Below, one piece after another: positions 49,401 to 58,756 of a stretch of 64,000 bases of DNA (the first letter of the stretch is position 1; each line of letters starts with the position of its first letter). Source of the DNA: an uncultured Acidobacteriota bacterium (GTDB lineage: Bacteria; Acidobacteriota; Thermoanaerobaculia; Multivoradales; UBA5704). A model generated the notes under the pieces. That model made no database searches and was not told where the DNA came from. It worked only from the letters and a program-made list of their open reading frames with translations. The DNA is taken from assembly GCA_963700145.1 (NCBI GenBank), contig OY969474.1:1856001-1920000 (forward strand). Direction: 5' to 3'. The translations under genes were made by a program, and so were the position numbers.

Positions 49401-52245
49401 CTTCCGCGTAGCCGGCTGAATCGAGCCACGCGTCGTTGTGGCTCAGCTCCGGCCGCACGTCGTTGCCCGCTCCGACCGCTCCCGCGCCGTAACGGACGCC
49501 GAAGCCGACCGGTGTCGTTTCTTCGTAGAGGTTGAACTCATCCGCCGTCTGGAAGAACCCCTCCATCGGCATTTCATGCCGGAAGCGCGCGCGGTCGAGA
49601 TTGACGAAGCGGATCTGATCGAAGACGGCGTAGCCGTTGGCATCCGTCAGCGCCGAGGTCGTGCCCTCGCACTCCTCGGGCGGCAGTCCGTAGCTGAGGG
49701 CGATCGCCGGCGGCGGCGGCGGCCGGTGATCGGTGATCCGCACCGGCGGCGTCATGAAGCAATGCCTCACCGTCGACGCCGTCTCGTGCTCGAGCTGCGC
49801 CTCGGTGACGTATTGCATGAGGTAGATGAAGCGCGCCCCGCTGCCGGCGGTCGGGCTCGGATCGATGGTACCGAGGCCCAGCATCCGGGCGACGTGAAAG
49901 TCGAGCGAGACGAAGTTGAGCAGGTCGAGGTAGCTCAGCTCCGTGGTGGAGAGGTTGGTGACCGGGTCGGAGTTGGCGACCACGACGTTGGCGCCGACGG
50001 CGGTCCGGCTGGCGTCGAGATAGGTGATCACGCCCTGTTTCAGGCCGTCCGCCGGCAGCAGCCAGCGGTCGCGATAGCTCTGCGCGTTGACGCGGAACAC
50101 CCCGGGGTCGGAAACCTGCTGGAACTTCGGCCAGAGGTTGTCGACGACGACGTCCGGCGACTCTTCGAGGCGGCGGAAGACGTTGGTGTTGGCGTCCGCG
50201 TTGCCGTCGTCGAGGCTGTAGTCGCCGACCTTCTCCCATTCGCGCCGCGCGTTGGAGGTGTGGAGGAAGTCGTCATACGTAGCGATGTGCAGCCCGGTCG
50301 GAGCGAGACCCGAGTAGTCGAAGCGAACCGAGTCGATGTTCTCGCCGACGATCGAGGCATCGACGGCCGCGGCGAAGGTGCGCCGGCAGCCGATCCTGCG
50401 CGAAGTGTTGTCGAGCGGATCAGGAAGGGTCAGCGCCTCGAGGCGAAAATGCGGCGGACCGGTGGGAGCGCTGACGACCAGGGGGATGGCGACGGAAAAG
50501 GCGAGCTTGCCGATCGCGCGTGCCTCGACGACGCCGCGGTATGCGGCGATGAACTGCCGCGGAGCGGAGTGCGGATCGATCGTCTGCCGGACGGCGTCGT
50601 ACTCGGGGAGGTCGGCAAAGCGGATCGAGACGTCGGTGGTGCGGCCCGCCGACGGAACGAGGTCTTCGTACAGCCACTCCCGGAACGCACCGCTCTCGAA
50701 GAGCGCCGACGGCGGATGGGCGAAGTCGACGTCGACGCCGTAGTCGCTCTTCATCGCCGTCCTGAAGATGCGCACGAAGTCGTCGGCGCGGTTGTACCCG
50801 ATCGTCGCCGCCCACGGCCCGTTCGGCGCGGCGAGGTTCCCTTTCGGGAGGTGCGCCTTGCCCAGGCTGCGGAGCAAATCCCAGCGGAGATGGAAGCCGC
50901 GAACGGTGCGGTCGCTGAAGTCGGAGCCGGCGGCCTGCAGGTAGATGTAGGGCGATTGCACCCGCGCGCCTTCCAGCTCGATGCCGATCCCGGACGGACA
51001 GATCTCCGAGAGGATGGGCGTGACGCTGCGAACCGTCACCCGACGCGAGGTGACCTCCATGGTCACCCGCTCGATCTGGGCCGCCCAGTCCGCCGCGTCG
51101 AAGCGAACCCTCGCTGGCTCGGGCAGTGGGCGATCTCGGGTGACGCAGCTTGCGAGATCGCCGTCGGCGTAGGCGAGCAGCGGCCGGGTGTACGCCTGCG
51201 GCTCGGCGACGACTCCGCAGACGGCGAGGCCGCCGGCCGCGTCGCCGGCGTCCTTGATGTCGATCAGCGCCGTCGATCCGGGCAGCGCCAGCTCTCTCTG
51301 CCAGAGCAGCTCGAGCGACGGATCGAAACAGGCGACGAAGCTGCCGCGCGGCGCGTCGTTCACCGTCGCGGCGAGAAGGATGTTCCCCGCAGAGTTGGTC
51401 GGGCCGCCCGACTTGAGGAGCCGGCGTCCGCCCACCTCGGATTGCGGCCGGAACCTGTACACCTGCCCGGTGACCTCGGTGTCGTCCGGCGTCAGCTCGG
51501 CAACGAAGCTCCTGCGGCCGTCACCCGTTTCACCGGCGATGACGAACTTCGGACCGCTGGCGCCCACCGGAGGGGAGGTGTGAACGATGTCGACCGCCTG
51601 CTGAAACTGGGAATTGCCGATGACCCTCTTCCATGAGAGGTTCAGCTTGTCGTCGAGAGCGACGACGAAGCAGTCCCACGTCCCCCTTCCATTCGAGCCT
51701 CCGGCCAGCACGCAGCCGCCGGCGTACGGAATGAGAGAGTTGAGCTGGTCGTCGCCGCTAGTGTGGATGCTGAGCGCCGCCAGGACCTTGCCCTTCCCGT
51801 CGATCCTCGCCACTTCGACGTCGTCGGTGGTGCCGCGCTCGTTGTACCAGCCGGCGAAGATGTAGGTGTCGCCGCTTCCCCTCACCAGCCGGATGTTGAT
51901 GCGGGTGCGATCGCGCGCGTAGGAGTTCGCCCAGATCACCTCGCCGGCCGGCGTCAGGCGCATCACCAGGGCGTGGCTCTGGCTGACGCTCGTCACCAAC
52001 GAGCCGTGAACCATCAAGTCGCCGTTGGGGCAGCGGACGCCGCTCCAGAAGCGCAGCGGCCGGTTGGCGACGGTGTAGGTCTTCTGCCAGACGGTGCGGC
52101 CGTCCGCATCGATCGACGCCAGGAGCGCGACGGAGTCGGCGAACGTTCCGGCGACGATGAAGCCCTCGCCGGCGGCGTCGGCGGCGATGATGGCTCGATA
52201 CGACGCGTCCTCGCCGAAGGTGAAACCGTTGACGAAGTACGTCAC
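46465..52245 (-). CDS. Giant hypothetical protein (1926 aa): N-terminal beta-propeller plus beta-sandwich/FN3-like segments
   Basis: GTG 52245 overlaps the upstream stop. Blade-like repeats WQKTY, WANSY, WKRVIG, WQREL; later segments HYQLYSINIFSR, YKLYRS, HYRVLA, YHLYK; no signal peptide. Confidence 0.8.
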   Translation of the reverse strand: MTYFVNGFTFGEDASYRAIIAADAAGEGFIVAGTFADSVALLASIDADGRTVWQKTYTVANRPLRFWSGVRCPNGDLMVHGSLVTSVSQSHALVMRLTPAGEVIWANSYARDRTRINIRLVRGSGDTYIFAGWYNERGTTDDVEVARIDGKGKVLAALSIHTSGDDQLNSLIPYAGGCVLAGGSNGRGTWDCFVVALDDKLNLSWKRVIGNSQFQQAVDIVHTSPPVGASGPKFVIAGETGDGRRSFVAELTPDDTEVTGQVYRFRPQSEVGGRRLLKSGGPTNSAGNILLAATVNDAPRGSFVACFDPSLELLWQRELALPGSTALIDIKDAGDAAGGLAVCGVVAEPQAYTRPLLAYADGDLASCVTRDRPLPEPARVRFDAADWAAQIERVTMEVTSRRVTVRSVTPILSEICPSGIGIELEGARVQSPYIYLQAAGSDFSDRTVRGFHLRWDLLRSLGKAHLPKGNLAAPNGPWAATIGYNRADDFVRIFRTAMKSDYGVDVDFAHPPSALFESGAFREWLYEDLVPSAGRTTDVSIRFADLPEYDAVRQTIDPHSAPRQFIAAYRGVVEARAIGKLAFSVAIPLVVSAPTGPPHFRLEALTLPDPLDNTSRRIGCRRTFAAAVDASIVGENIDSVRFDYSGLAPTGLHIATYDDFLHTSNARREWEKVGDYSLDDGNADANTNVFRRLEESPDVVVDNLWPKFQQVSDPGVFRVNAQSYRDRWLLPADGLKQGVITYLDASRTAVGANVVVANSDPVTNLSTTELSYLDLLNFVSLDFHVARMLGLGTIDPSPTAGSGARFIYLMQYVTEAQLEHETASTVRHCFMTPPVRITDHRPPPPPAIALSYGLPPEECEGTTSALTDANGYAVFDQIRFVNLDRARFRHEMPMEGFFQTADEFNLYEETTPVGFGVRYGAGAVGAGNDVRPELSHNDAWLDSAGYAEVAPIPERGSNPVYTHGERSAGVHHYQLYSINIFSRTAGASNEVQTDATVFAPRNTLLPPSNLAVQLIQKEEPRIFTSADEQLRLAQLPAGDQTLLRVTFDWNDVQNRAYFGVDTVELYFRTLPPQVVRGEIAAVADHPSTHTTTVTTKSYPIASTKPPQIVQPEIAAADVQRYVGARLTANGQSWVVESVTSSGPNPTLVLQQIRTTASVDADHDNSFCTVEKWSSPHAGDRFLMAENLDNPAVWDTKLTKEVSLAQFSPPFMEFIVNNDGQGRSVVVGGIADSATVVAIPDLDPGVVAAIPAGGPSSVPSGAYTITLANRQLAASSDPDVELCEGIVRLPDLNGKTKVLRVWNVDNSGATLQVIAYDAELGLQRDPVSGKFLLAGTQFVPVDGYVPVQTGSVAVNFHPSYRVYLTADVTTPGHNFGEPAVLPARGEGSRQTLFTVRSRATAASLTSRMSKPAVILAQELREPVAPGPLRGPLFATRPNFFGKATFTVDVQVDDPYALVFYKANDRKIIDQLYEPKTAREIVARLEGMSDFEKTFEPQRWSDLVHVVTDANDEFVQYVLDGFRFPPPNDDTYVIPDPSLDPPVFPFALNNTTPPGSSAVVPGTGGRTMKSVVQEAVEKAFVPITELPLIYQQLNDKTLQTSGRPPKLRSPNGQRLPPDDADPWPMAVRYEKNANGDVMHDGDPGHGSATNTRWVRITDYTIDGASTNVYFYFAVELSSTMKVSARSPITGPVQLVNAAPPEAPVIRKVTAQLDDGAGATPRVDFLLSGYLPSEGVTSYKLYRSLDADDALNVRTMTEVREFMLGDPVFDDFADLGYVPFAQPIHYRVLAFRSIINEQGLPERIPSKPSEMATARVADTVNPEPPQITMTSDPLSLTHPFQYANVQLSWPRTTYNGTYHLYKLNDVGMWVKIASVGDAAVMQVKLQDTTLGTGVLLKENSAGNPFYHRFRVLVVNSSGLVNLKQNELTV

Positions 52246-55200
52246 GGCAGCACCACCTCGGCCTGAGCCGATTCGACGGGCGAGTACGCGGCGCCGTCCC
52301 ACTGCTTGTAGTCGAACGCGAAGCTGCAGGTGGCGCCGGCGGGGATGTTCATGCTCCCGCCGGCGTTGGTGACGAAGGCCCGCGAGAGGTCCTTGGAGTG
52401 AATGGCCAGGTAGTCGCTCTCGTTGCCGCCGTTGACGGAGAGGCGGATCGAGGTCGCGATCTCACTCGCCGGCAGCTTCGGATCGTTGAACGGCTCAGGA
52501 TTCCATACCAGGATGCCGAGGACGCGTGAGGTGGTGGTATCGCGAATGATGTTGAATTCCGTTCGTTGCGGCGGCGGCAGCGCCTCCATCTTCAGGGCGC
52601 CTTCCATGAGGCGGTTGAACGGATCGGCGAATGCCTGCTTCAGCGGATCGCCGTCGGCCATGCTGCCGTCGACGATGCTGGTGGCCACCGCAAGATCGGC
52701 AGCGTCGAACGCCTTCCCCGCCTCGAAGACGGCTGCCTTGAGCACGGTGCCGTCGCCTGCCACTTTCAGCGCATAGCTGCCGACCTGCTCGGCGAAGCTC
52801 GCATAGCGCGAGGTCTGGAAGCCGTAGTGCAGCAACTCGCTGTTGGTGTAGTCGGGTTCGCCCGGCTTCCTGAAACGCAGCCGGAAGATCGCGGTGTAGA
52901 GCTTCAGCGGCTGGAGATGCTGGGTGTCGAGCGGGAACTCGGAATAGAGCCAGGTCGGATGAATCTCCGCCACCGTCCCGCAAGGGGTGCCGTACGCGAT
53001 CATGTTGTTGAGGATCGTCACGTCCTGCGACACCAGCGGTAGGGGGCTGAGCTTCCACGTCGCCTCCACCGGCCCCGGGTCGGCGATGCTGGCGTCGGGC
53101 GCCGGGTCTTTCACCACCACGTCGAAGACGGCGTCCGCCGCCCCGAGCCCTCCCCATGGAGCCCAGCCGCAGAACATCCGCGCCACATAGGTCTGCAGAT
53201 AGAAGAGCAGCAGCTTCGGGTTGCTGTAGAAGAGCGGCTTGGCGTTGATCAGTTGCCCGTCGGCGTTGGGGTACGACTTGTCGAAGTCGAGGTAATGCAG
53301 GAGCCCGACGAGCTTGAACTCGTCGCCGTGGCCGGCCTGCTCCAGCTGGTGGAAGTCCGCACGCGGGACCAGCTGGCCGGTCGCGTCGCGATAGACGTGG
53401 AAGTGGCCGAGCGGTCCCGCGGTGCTGAATCCGAAGACTCGCGAGCTGCCGTCGTGCGGATAGAAGGTCTCGACGTTGCTGCTTCCCTCGCGGAAAAGGG
53501 TGTCCCGGGTGGTCACCCGAATGGCATAGCGCGTGTACGGCCGCCACAACGGCTGGATCGAGCCCTGAAACGCGTTGACGATGCTCGCCACCTCGGCGTC
53601 GACGCTGCTCTGGGCCGGAAGCGTTGCGTTGAATGCCGCCGACGGGTAGTCGAGCACACAGACCGCGTAGACGTAGACCGCGCACTCGCGGGTTGGCTCC
53701 GCATCGCTCCCGCCCGGCGGAGCGACGCCGCGTGGCGGGACGCTCGCCGCGGTCGGCAGCGCGGCCGGGCCGGTGGAAGCGGTGGTGTCAGGCGATGTGC
53801 CAACGGTGGCGATCGTGAACGGCGCCTCGCCCCGCAGCACCACCGTGCTCTCCCCTTCCCACGTCCGCACGCGCGCATCGACGAGGAATCCGCGGTTGGG
53901 GCCGTGCACGAGGTTGCCGGCGTCGGCACGGAGCGCGGAGAATCCGCTGACGGCGTCGAAAGTGAAGCTGGGCCGCGGCAGCGGCAGCGCCAGCGACACC
54001 GTTCCTCCCACCGCACCTTCGCTCAGCGAGATCTCGAGGCGCGGCAGCGCCGTGGGAGCGGGAGTGGCCGTGATCCAGACCTTGCGGCCGGAGACCGGGG
54101 AGTTGCGGCGGCCGGTGCTGAACGCGCGGTCGAACAGATCGGTCTCCTGCGGCGACAATTTTAGCCGGGGCTGCGCGAGGCGATTGTTCGCAGCAAGGTA
54201 GTCGAGCAAGCCGCCGAGCGCTTCCGCTTCCGCGGTCACCGGGCCCGGAGTCGGGACTCCGCTGTAAGCGCAGCGGCTGATCGGATAGCACGAACGGCCA
54301 CGGAAGGTGACGCGCTGGCGCCCTTTCGAGGTCAGCACCTCGCCGTCGATGAGGAAGGTGTAGTTCATCCCGGCGACCTTCTGCGAATCGGCGCGCAGGT
54401 TGCGCAGCACGGTGAGATGGACCCAATCGATCGCCCGCGCCCCTTCGATCAGCGTCAGGTCGATGAGACAGGTGAATCCCTGCCAGTCGGTGAGGCGTCC
54501 GTGCAGCTCCGTGCCGGTCGAGGAAACGAGGCTGTAGCGGTAGAAGTCGGGAGTCACCGGCGCGGCGTGAAGCGTCGACTCGAAGAAGGCGCCGTCCCAG
54601 ACCTGGTAATCGTGGACCAGCAGCTCCGCCCGGGCGCTGGTGTGCTCGCCGCGGTCGACCAGCAGCGCCAGGAAGCGCTCGAGGTCGCGCGCTGCCGGCG
54701 TCAGCGTCGGATCGCAGACCAGCGGCGGGCCGACGCTGCACGCGCCTGCCTCCACCACGATCTTGTCCACCGGTTCCTGGATGTCCTCGTAGAGCACCTC
54801 GACCGGTGCACCGCGCGGGATGCCGCGCGTGGCGACCAGCACGTAGTCGTAGGCGTCGAGCCCGTTCGGCGACGGCGGCAGCGCCTCGCGGCGGTAGTAG
54901 CGCACCGCGGCATGGTCGGTGCTGGCCTGCGCCTTGAGCCGCACCAGGACGGCCGGCTCGGTAAGGAAGATCTCCAACGCGCTGACGGCGTCCACTCTCA
55001 CGGCGCGCTCGAAGTCGCCCCATGCCTGGTCGAGCACGTGGCCGTCGGCTCCGGTGACGCGGAACTGGAACTGGTGATGGAAGAAGCGGCGGCGCTCCCG
55101 CAGCGTGACGATCTCCTTCGGCGCGCCGAAGTCGTTGAAATTCGTGCAGGTCTCGGCGATCGGGTCGGGTGCACAGAAGATCGACTCGCTGGTGATTCCC

Positions 55201-58200
55201 GAGTCTTCGGGGACGAAGTCGCCCGCTCCCTGCGAGACGTAGGTGAGAGGGGTCTGCGCCAGCACGCGCAGTTTGTTGTGGAGGTTCGGCTGCTGGTATT
55301 GCCAGAAGCCCTGCCTGAGCGTCGCCGGATCGCTGGTGATGAACGGCTTCAGCTGCGGCGGCACCGCCGCGCCGTAGATGTCGTACGGCTTCCACGCCGC
55401 ACCGTCGTGATAGAGGATCTCGACGGCGTCGAGGGTGTACTCGTGCCGCACCCGGTCGGTTTTTCCGCGCTGCGGGGCGACGAATTCGACGTAGTCGCTC
55501 CCCATCGTGTTGCCGCCAAACGCCGCGATCACCGGCGCCGACGGCTTCACCCCCTTCATGAGCTCGATGTCGACGTACGAATCGAGCGGAATCATGTGGC
55601 CGTCGAGGACTGCTGGATCGGGAGGAAGCGAGCTCCCCGCCCACAGTTCGTAGGTCTCGTGGGTATGGATGTTGAGCGCTTTCCCTGACTCCTGCAGGTT
55701 GTCCTTCAGCAGCTTGGTCTCGCTCAGGTCGAGGCTCTGATTGAAGATCCAGGTGAAGGCGAACTTGGCGCAGCGATCCTTCCGCAGCACGCGCACGCAG
55801 ACTTCGATCGATCCGGTGATGGTGAACGGCTTGGTCCCCTCCGCCGCCAGCGAGGCCGCGGCGCTGATGCCGAAGCCGAAGCCGAAGATGGAGATCTCGA
55901 CATTCCCGCCGATACGGATGGACGCGCCGATCTGCTTCGGCCGGAAGCTGATCCGCCCCGCCGTGTCGAGGTATGCGTGCAGCTCGGCCGACAGCGGTCC
56001 GAATTTCTTGCTGAGGTGATACGACGCTCCGGCACCCGCGCGGATCCCGGAGTTCGAGATCATGAAATAGAAATAGGCATCGATGATCGACAGCAGACGC
56101 ACCAGGACTCGCTCGCTGGCGGGCGTCTCGCGACCGATGTTCAGGTACCAGGCGAGCCCGTTCCCCCAGAAGAAGCCCATCTCGATGACCGCGTCGACGG
56201 TGACGATGCCGCCCGCTTTCTTGCCGTCGCTGTCGTCGTCGGGCACCGCGTACTTCAGGCCGAACGCCGTCTCCACCGAATTCTTGGTGACGGCGATGAG
56301 GGCGAAGAACGGCGGATCGGTCTTGTCGGTGAGGAGGATGCGCCCCTTGAGAATCTGCCCCTGCCCTTGCAGGAGGAAAGCGTCCGGCAGCGACAAAAGG
56401 AAAAAGATCTTGGCGGCGAAGGTGTAGCCGGTGTCGGCCACGGTGGCCAGCGACACGCCGGCGCCCAGCGAGAAGCCGGGAATCCGCGCGAACTTCGAGA
56501 CCTGGATGCCTTCGCGGTTGTCAGGCGCGATTTTCTTCTTGTAGTACTTCCACCATGGATCGGCGTCGGTGAGCTGCAACGCCTGAACGTTTTTCGACGC
56601 CACGTAGCGCAGGCCCAGCAGCCCTCGGAATCCGAAGATGCCGAGCCCCGTGGAGCCAAGGAGGATCGGCGTGGAGATCTCCAGCCCGACATCGACGAGG
56701 AACGCCGGCACGTCCGGACTGAAGCGCATCGAGGCCGCGCCACCCATCTTCAGCTTCGGCAGGGTGAAGGCGATCGACCCCGCGTACTCCGTGCCGCTCG
56801 ACGGCGGATCGGCCGCGCGCATCGAGAGATAACCCTTGAGCAGCAGCACCGCGCTCTCCGGCGACGCGCTCCCGGGGAACACCAGGTCGAGGGCGATGCT
56901 CTGAATGCGCATGAAGCTGTGCGGATCGCGGCCGGCGTTCGTGTCGTTGTCGACCGTGTAATAGAACGCGATCCCGCTGCCGCTGACGTCGACCCCGCCC
57001 GGATTGACGCTCACCCCGCCGTCGAAGGTGAAGTACTTGTATTGCCGCAGCGTCCCCTTGTGCATCTGCTCGTGCGAGCCGAAGCCGATCGCCGTCACCG
57101 ACAGCTTCACCGGCCCCACCTTCAGCGACACGGCGCGCGGGAGGGTGATCTTCCCGCCTTCCAGCTCGATCTTTCCGTCATCCCAGATAAGCAGCTTCTG
57201 GATCTCGATCTTGTCGGGGAGGAACTTGCCGATCGCGCCGCCCTGGGTGAAGTCGACGGCGCCGGCCACGGCGACGAAGAAGCGCTTGTTCTTCCGGCCG
57301 ACCGAGAAGCTGTTGACGATGAAATCGAGCACGCCCGGGATGCGCAGGGCGCGAATGCCCTGATCCTCGGAGGCGGTGACGCTGAAGTTCCCGTCGTTCC
57401 CGATGTTGACCGCGATCTTGATCTCGGCGTCGTTTCCGGCGGTGTCCTTGAAGTTCGGAATCTTCATGAACCCGCGAATCTCGGACCGGGTGAGGACGTT
57501 CTGGTGGAAGGAGACGCTGACCGCGCTGAGGCCGAGCACGAAGCCGGAGCCGAACTGCGCCTTCACCAGTGCCGGCGTAGTCGACGACGAGTTGAGCGCC
57601 TTCAGTTCGATCGTTCCCGACAGGCCGCCGTGGCCGCCGATGAGCAGGTTCCTGCCGATCAGCTCCGCGCTCGACGTCGGGCTCTGATTGAAGAAGTCGG
57701 GAAGGGTGATGACCGCCTTTTCGATGAAGACGCCGATGAAGTCGTCCGGCCGGCCGTCCGCCGTCGCCTCGGGAATGTTCTTGGTGCGGCTGAGATCGAG
57801 GCGCGCCTTCTTGACCTCGATCGCGAATCCGCTCTCGCCGATCTGCGACGGCGTCAGGTTGGCGGTCAGGGTCTCGTCGTAGCCGATGCCCGACTCTGTG
57901 CTGAAGGAAAACCTGCCGGCGTCGAAGGTCAGCCGGGAGAAGGCGGTCGGGTCGGGGTCCGGCTTGCCGTTCTTGAGCGGCATGAGCACGTTGCGCGGAA
58001 AGCGGAGAGCCGCGCCGATCTTCAGCGTGGCGTGGACGCGCGGCGTCACCAGGTCGAGGAAGTAGGTCTTGAGCGACCCGCCGAACAGGCTGCCGAGGAA
58101 CTCCTCCAGCCGCTTTTCGGTCCCCTCCAGGTCGAGATCGTTGAGGATGTACGTGGCGAAGACGACGGCCGACGCGCCCTGGCCGAGCGTGGTCTCGATC

Positions 58201-58744
58201 TTGGTGAGAGCCTCGCCGAGCGGGTCGGCGCCGAGCGGATCGACGGGGTGATGGCCGTCTGATAGGCCTCGTTGAGATCGAGGACGAGCTGGTCGAGCCG
58301 GTCGAGCGGACTGGCGCCGGCGACGAAGATGCCGAGGGCACGCTCGAGGAGCTGGCGCTCAGTCAGGCCGGTGGCGGTGAGGGCCAGCTGGTAGAAGTCG
58401 GCCGGCGAGAACGAGAAGGTGGAGAAGTTGAACTGGCGAAGCCAGGCCAGGATGCCCCACTCGTAGCGGAGCGTCACCGGGAACTCCGATCGCCCGCCCT
58501 GATGTCCGGGATTGAGCTCGAGGAAGAGGCCGGTGCCCGGCACCTCGAAGTCGAGCAGCTTCCCGCTGACGATGATCAGGCTGTAGTTCGCGGCGTCGCC
58601 GCGCGGGCTGACGCTGTACTGCAGGTCGCGGAAATAGAGGCCGTCGAAGATCTTCTCGATGCCGTCCTTGACGAAGCTCAGGGCCTCCGGCAGCTTGTCG
58701 GTCGGCACCAGCAGAGAAAGCCGCGGGTAGTAGACGGCGGTCAT
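52242..58744 (-). CDS. Giant beta-strand-rich hypothetical protein (about 2167 aa) with a 1-nt frameshift at 58245-58248
   Basis: The 232-aa and 1935-aa ORFs join if one base is added to a C4 run, giving ...AYQTAITPVDPLGADPLGEALTKI...YFLDLVTPRVHAT... Confidence 0.8.
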
Positions 58745-58756
58745 CGGCGCGTCTGG

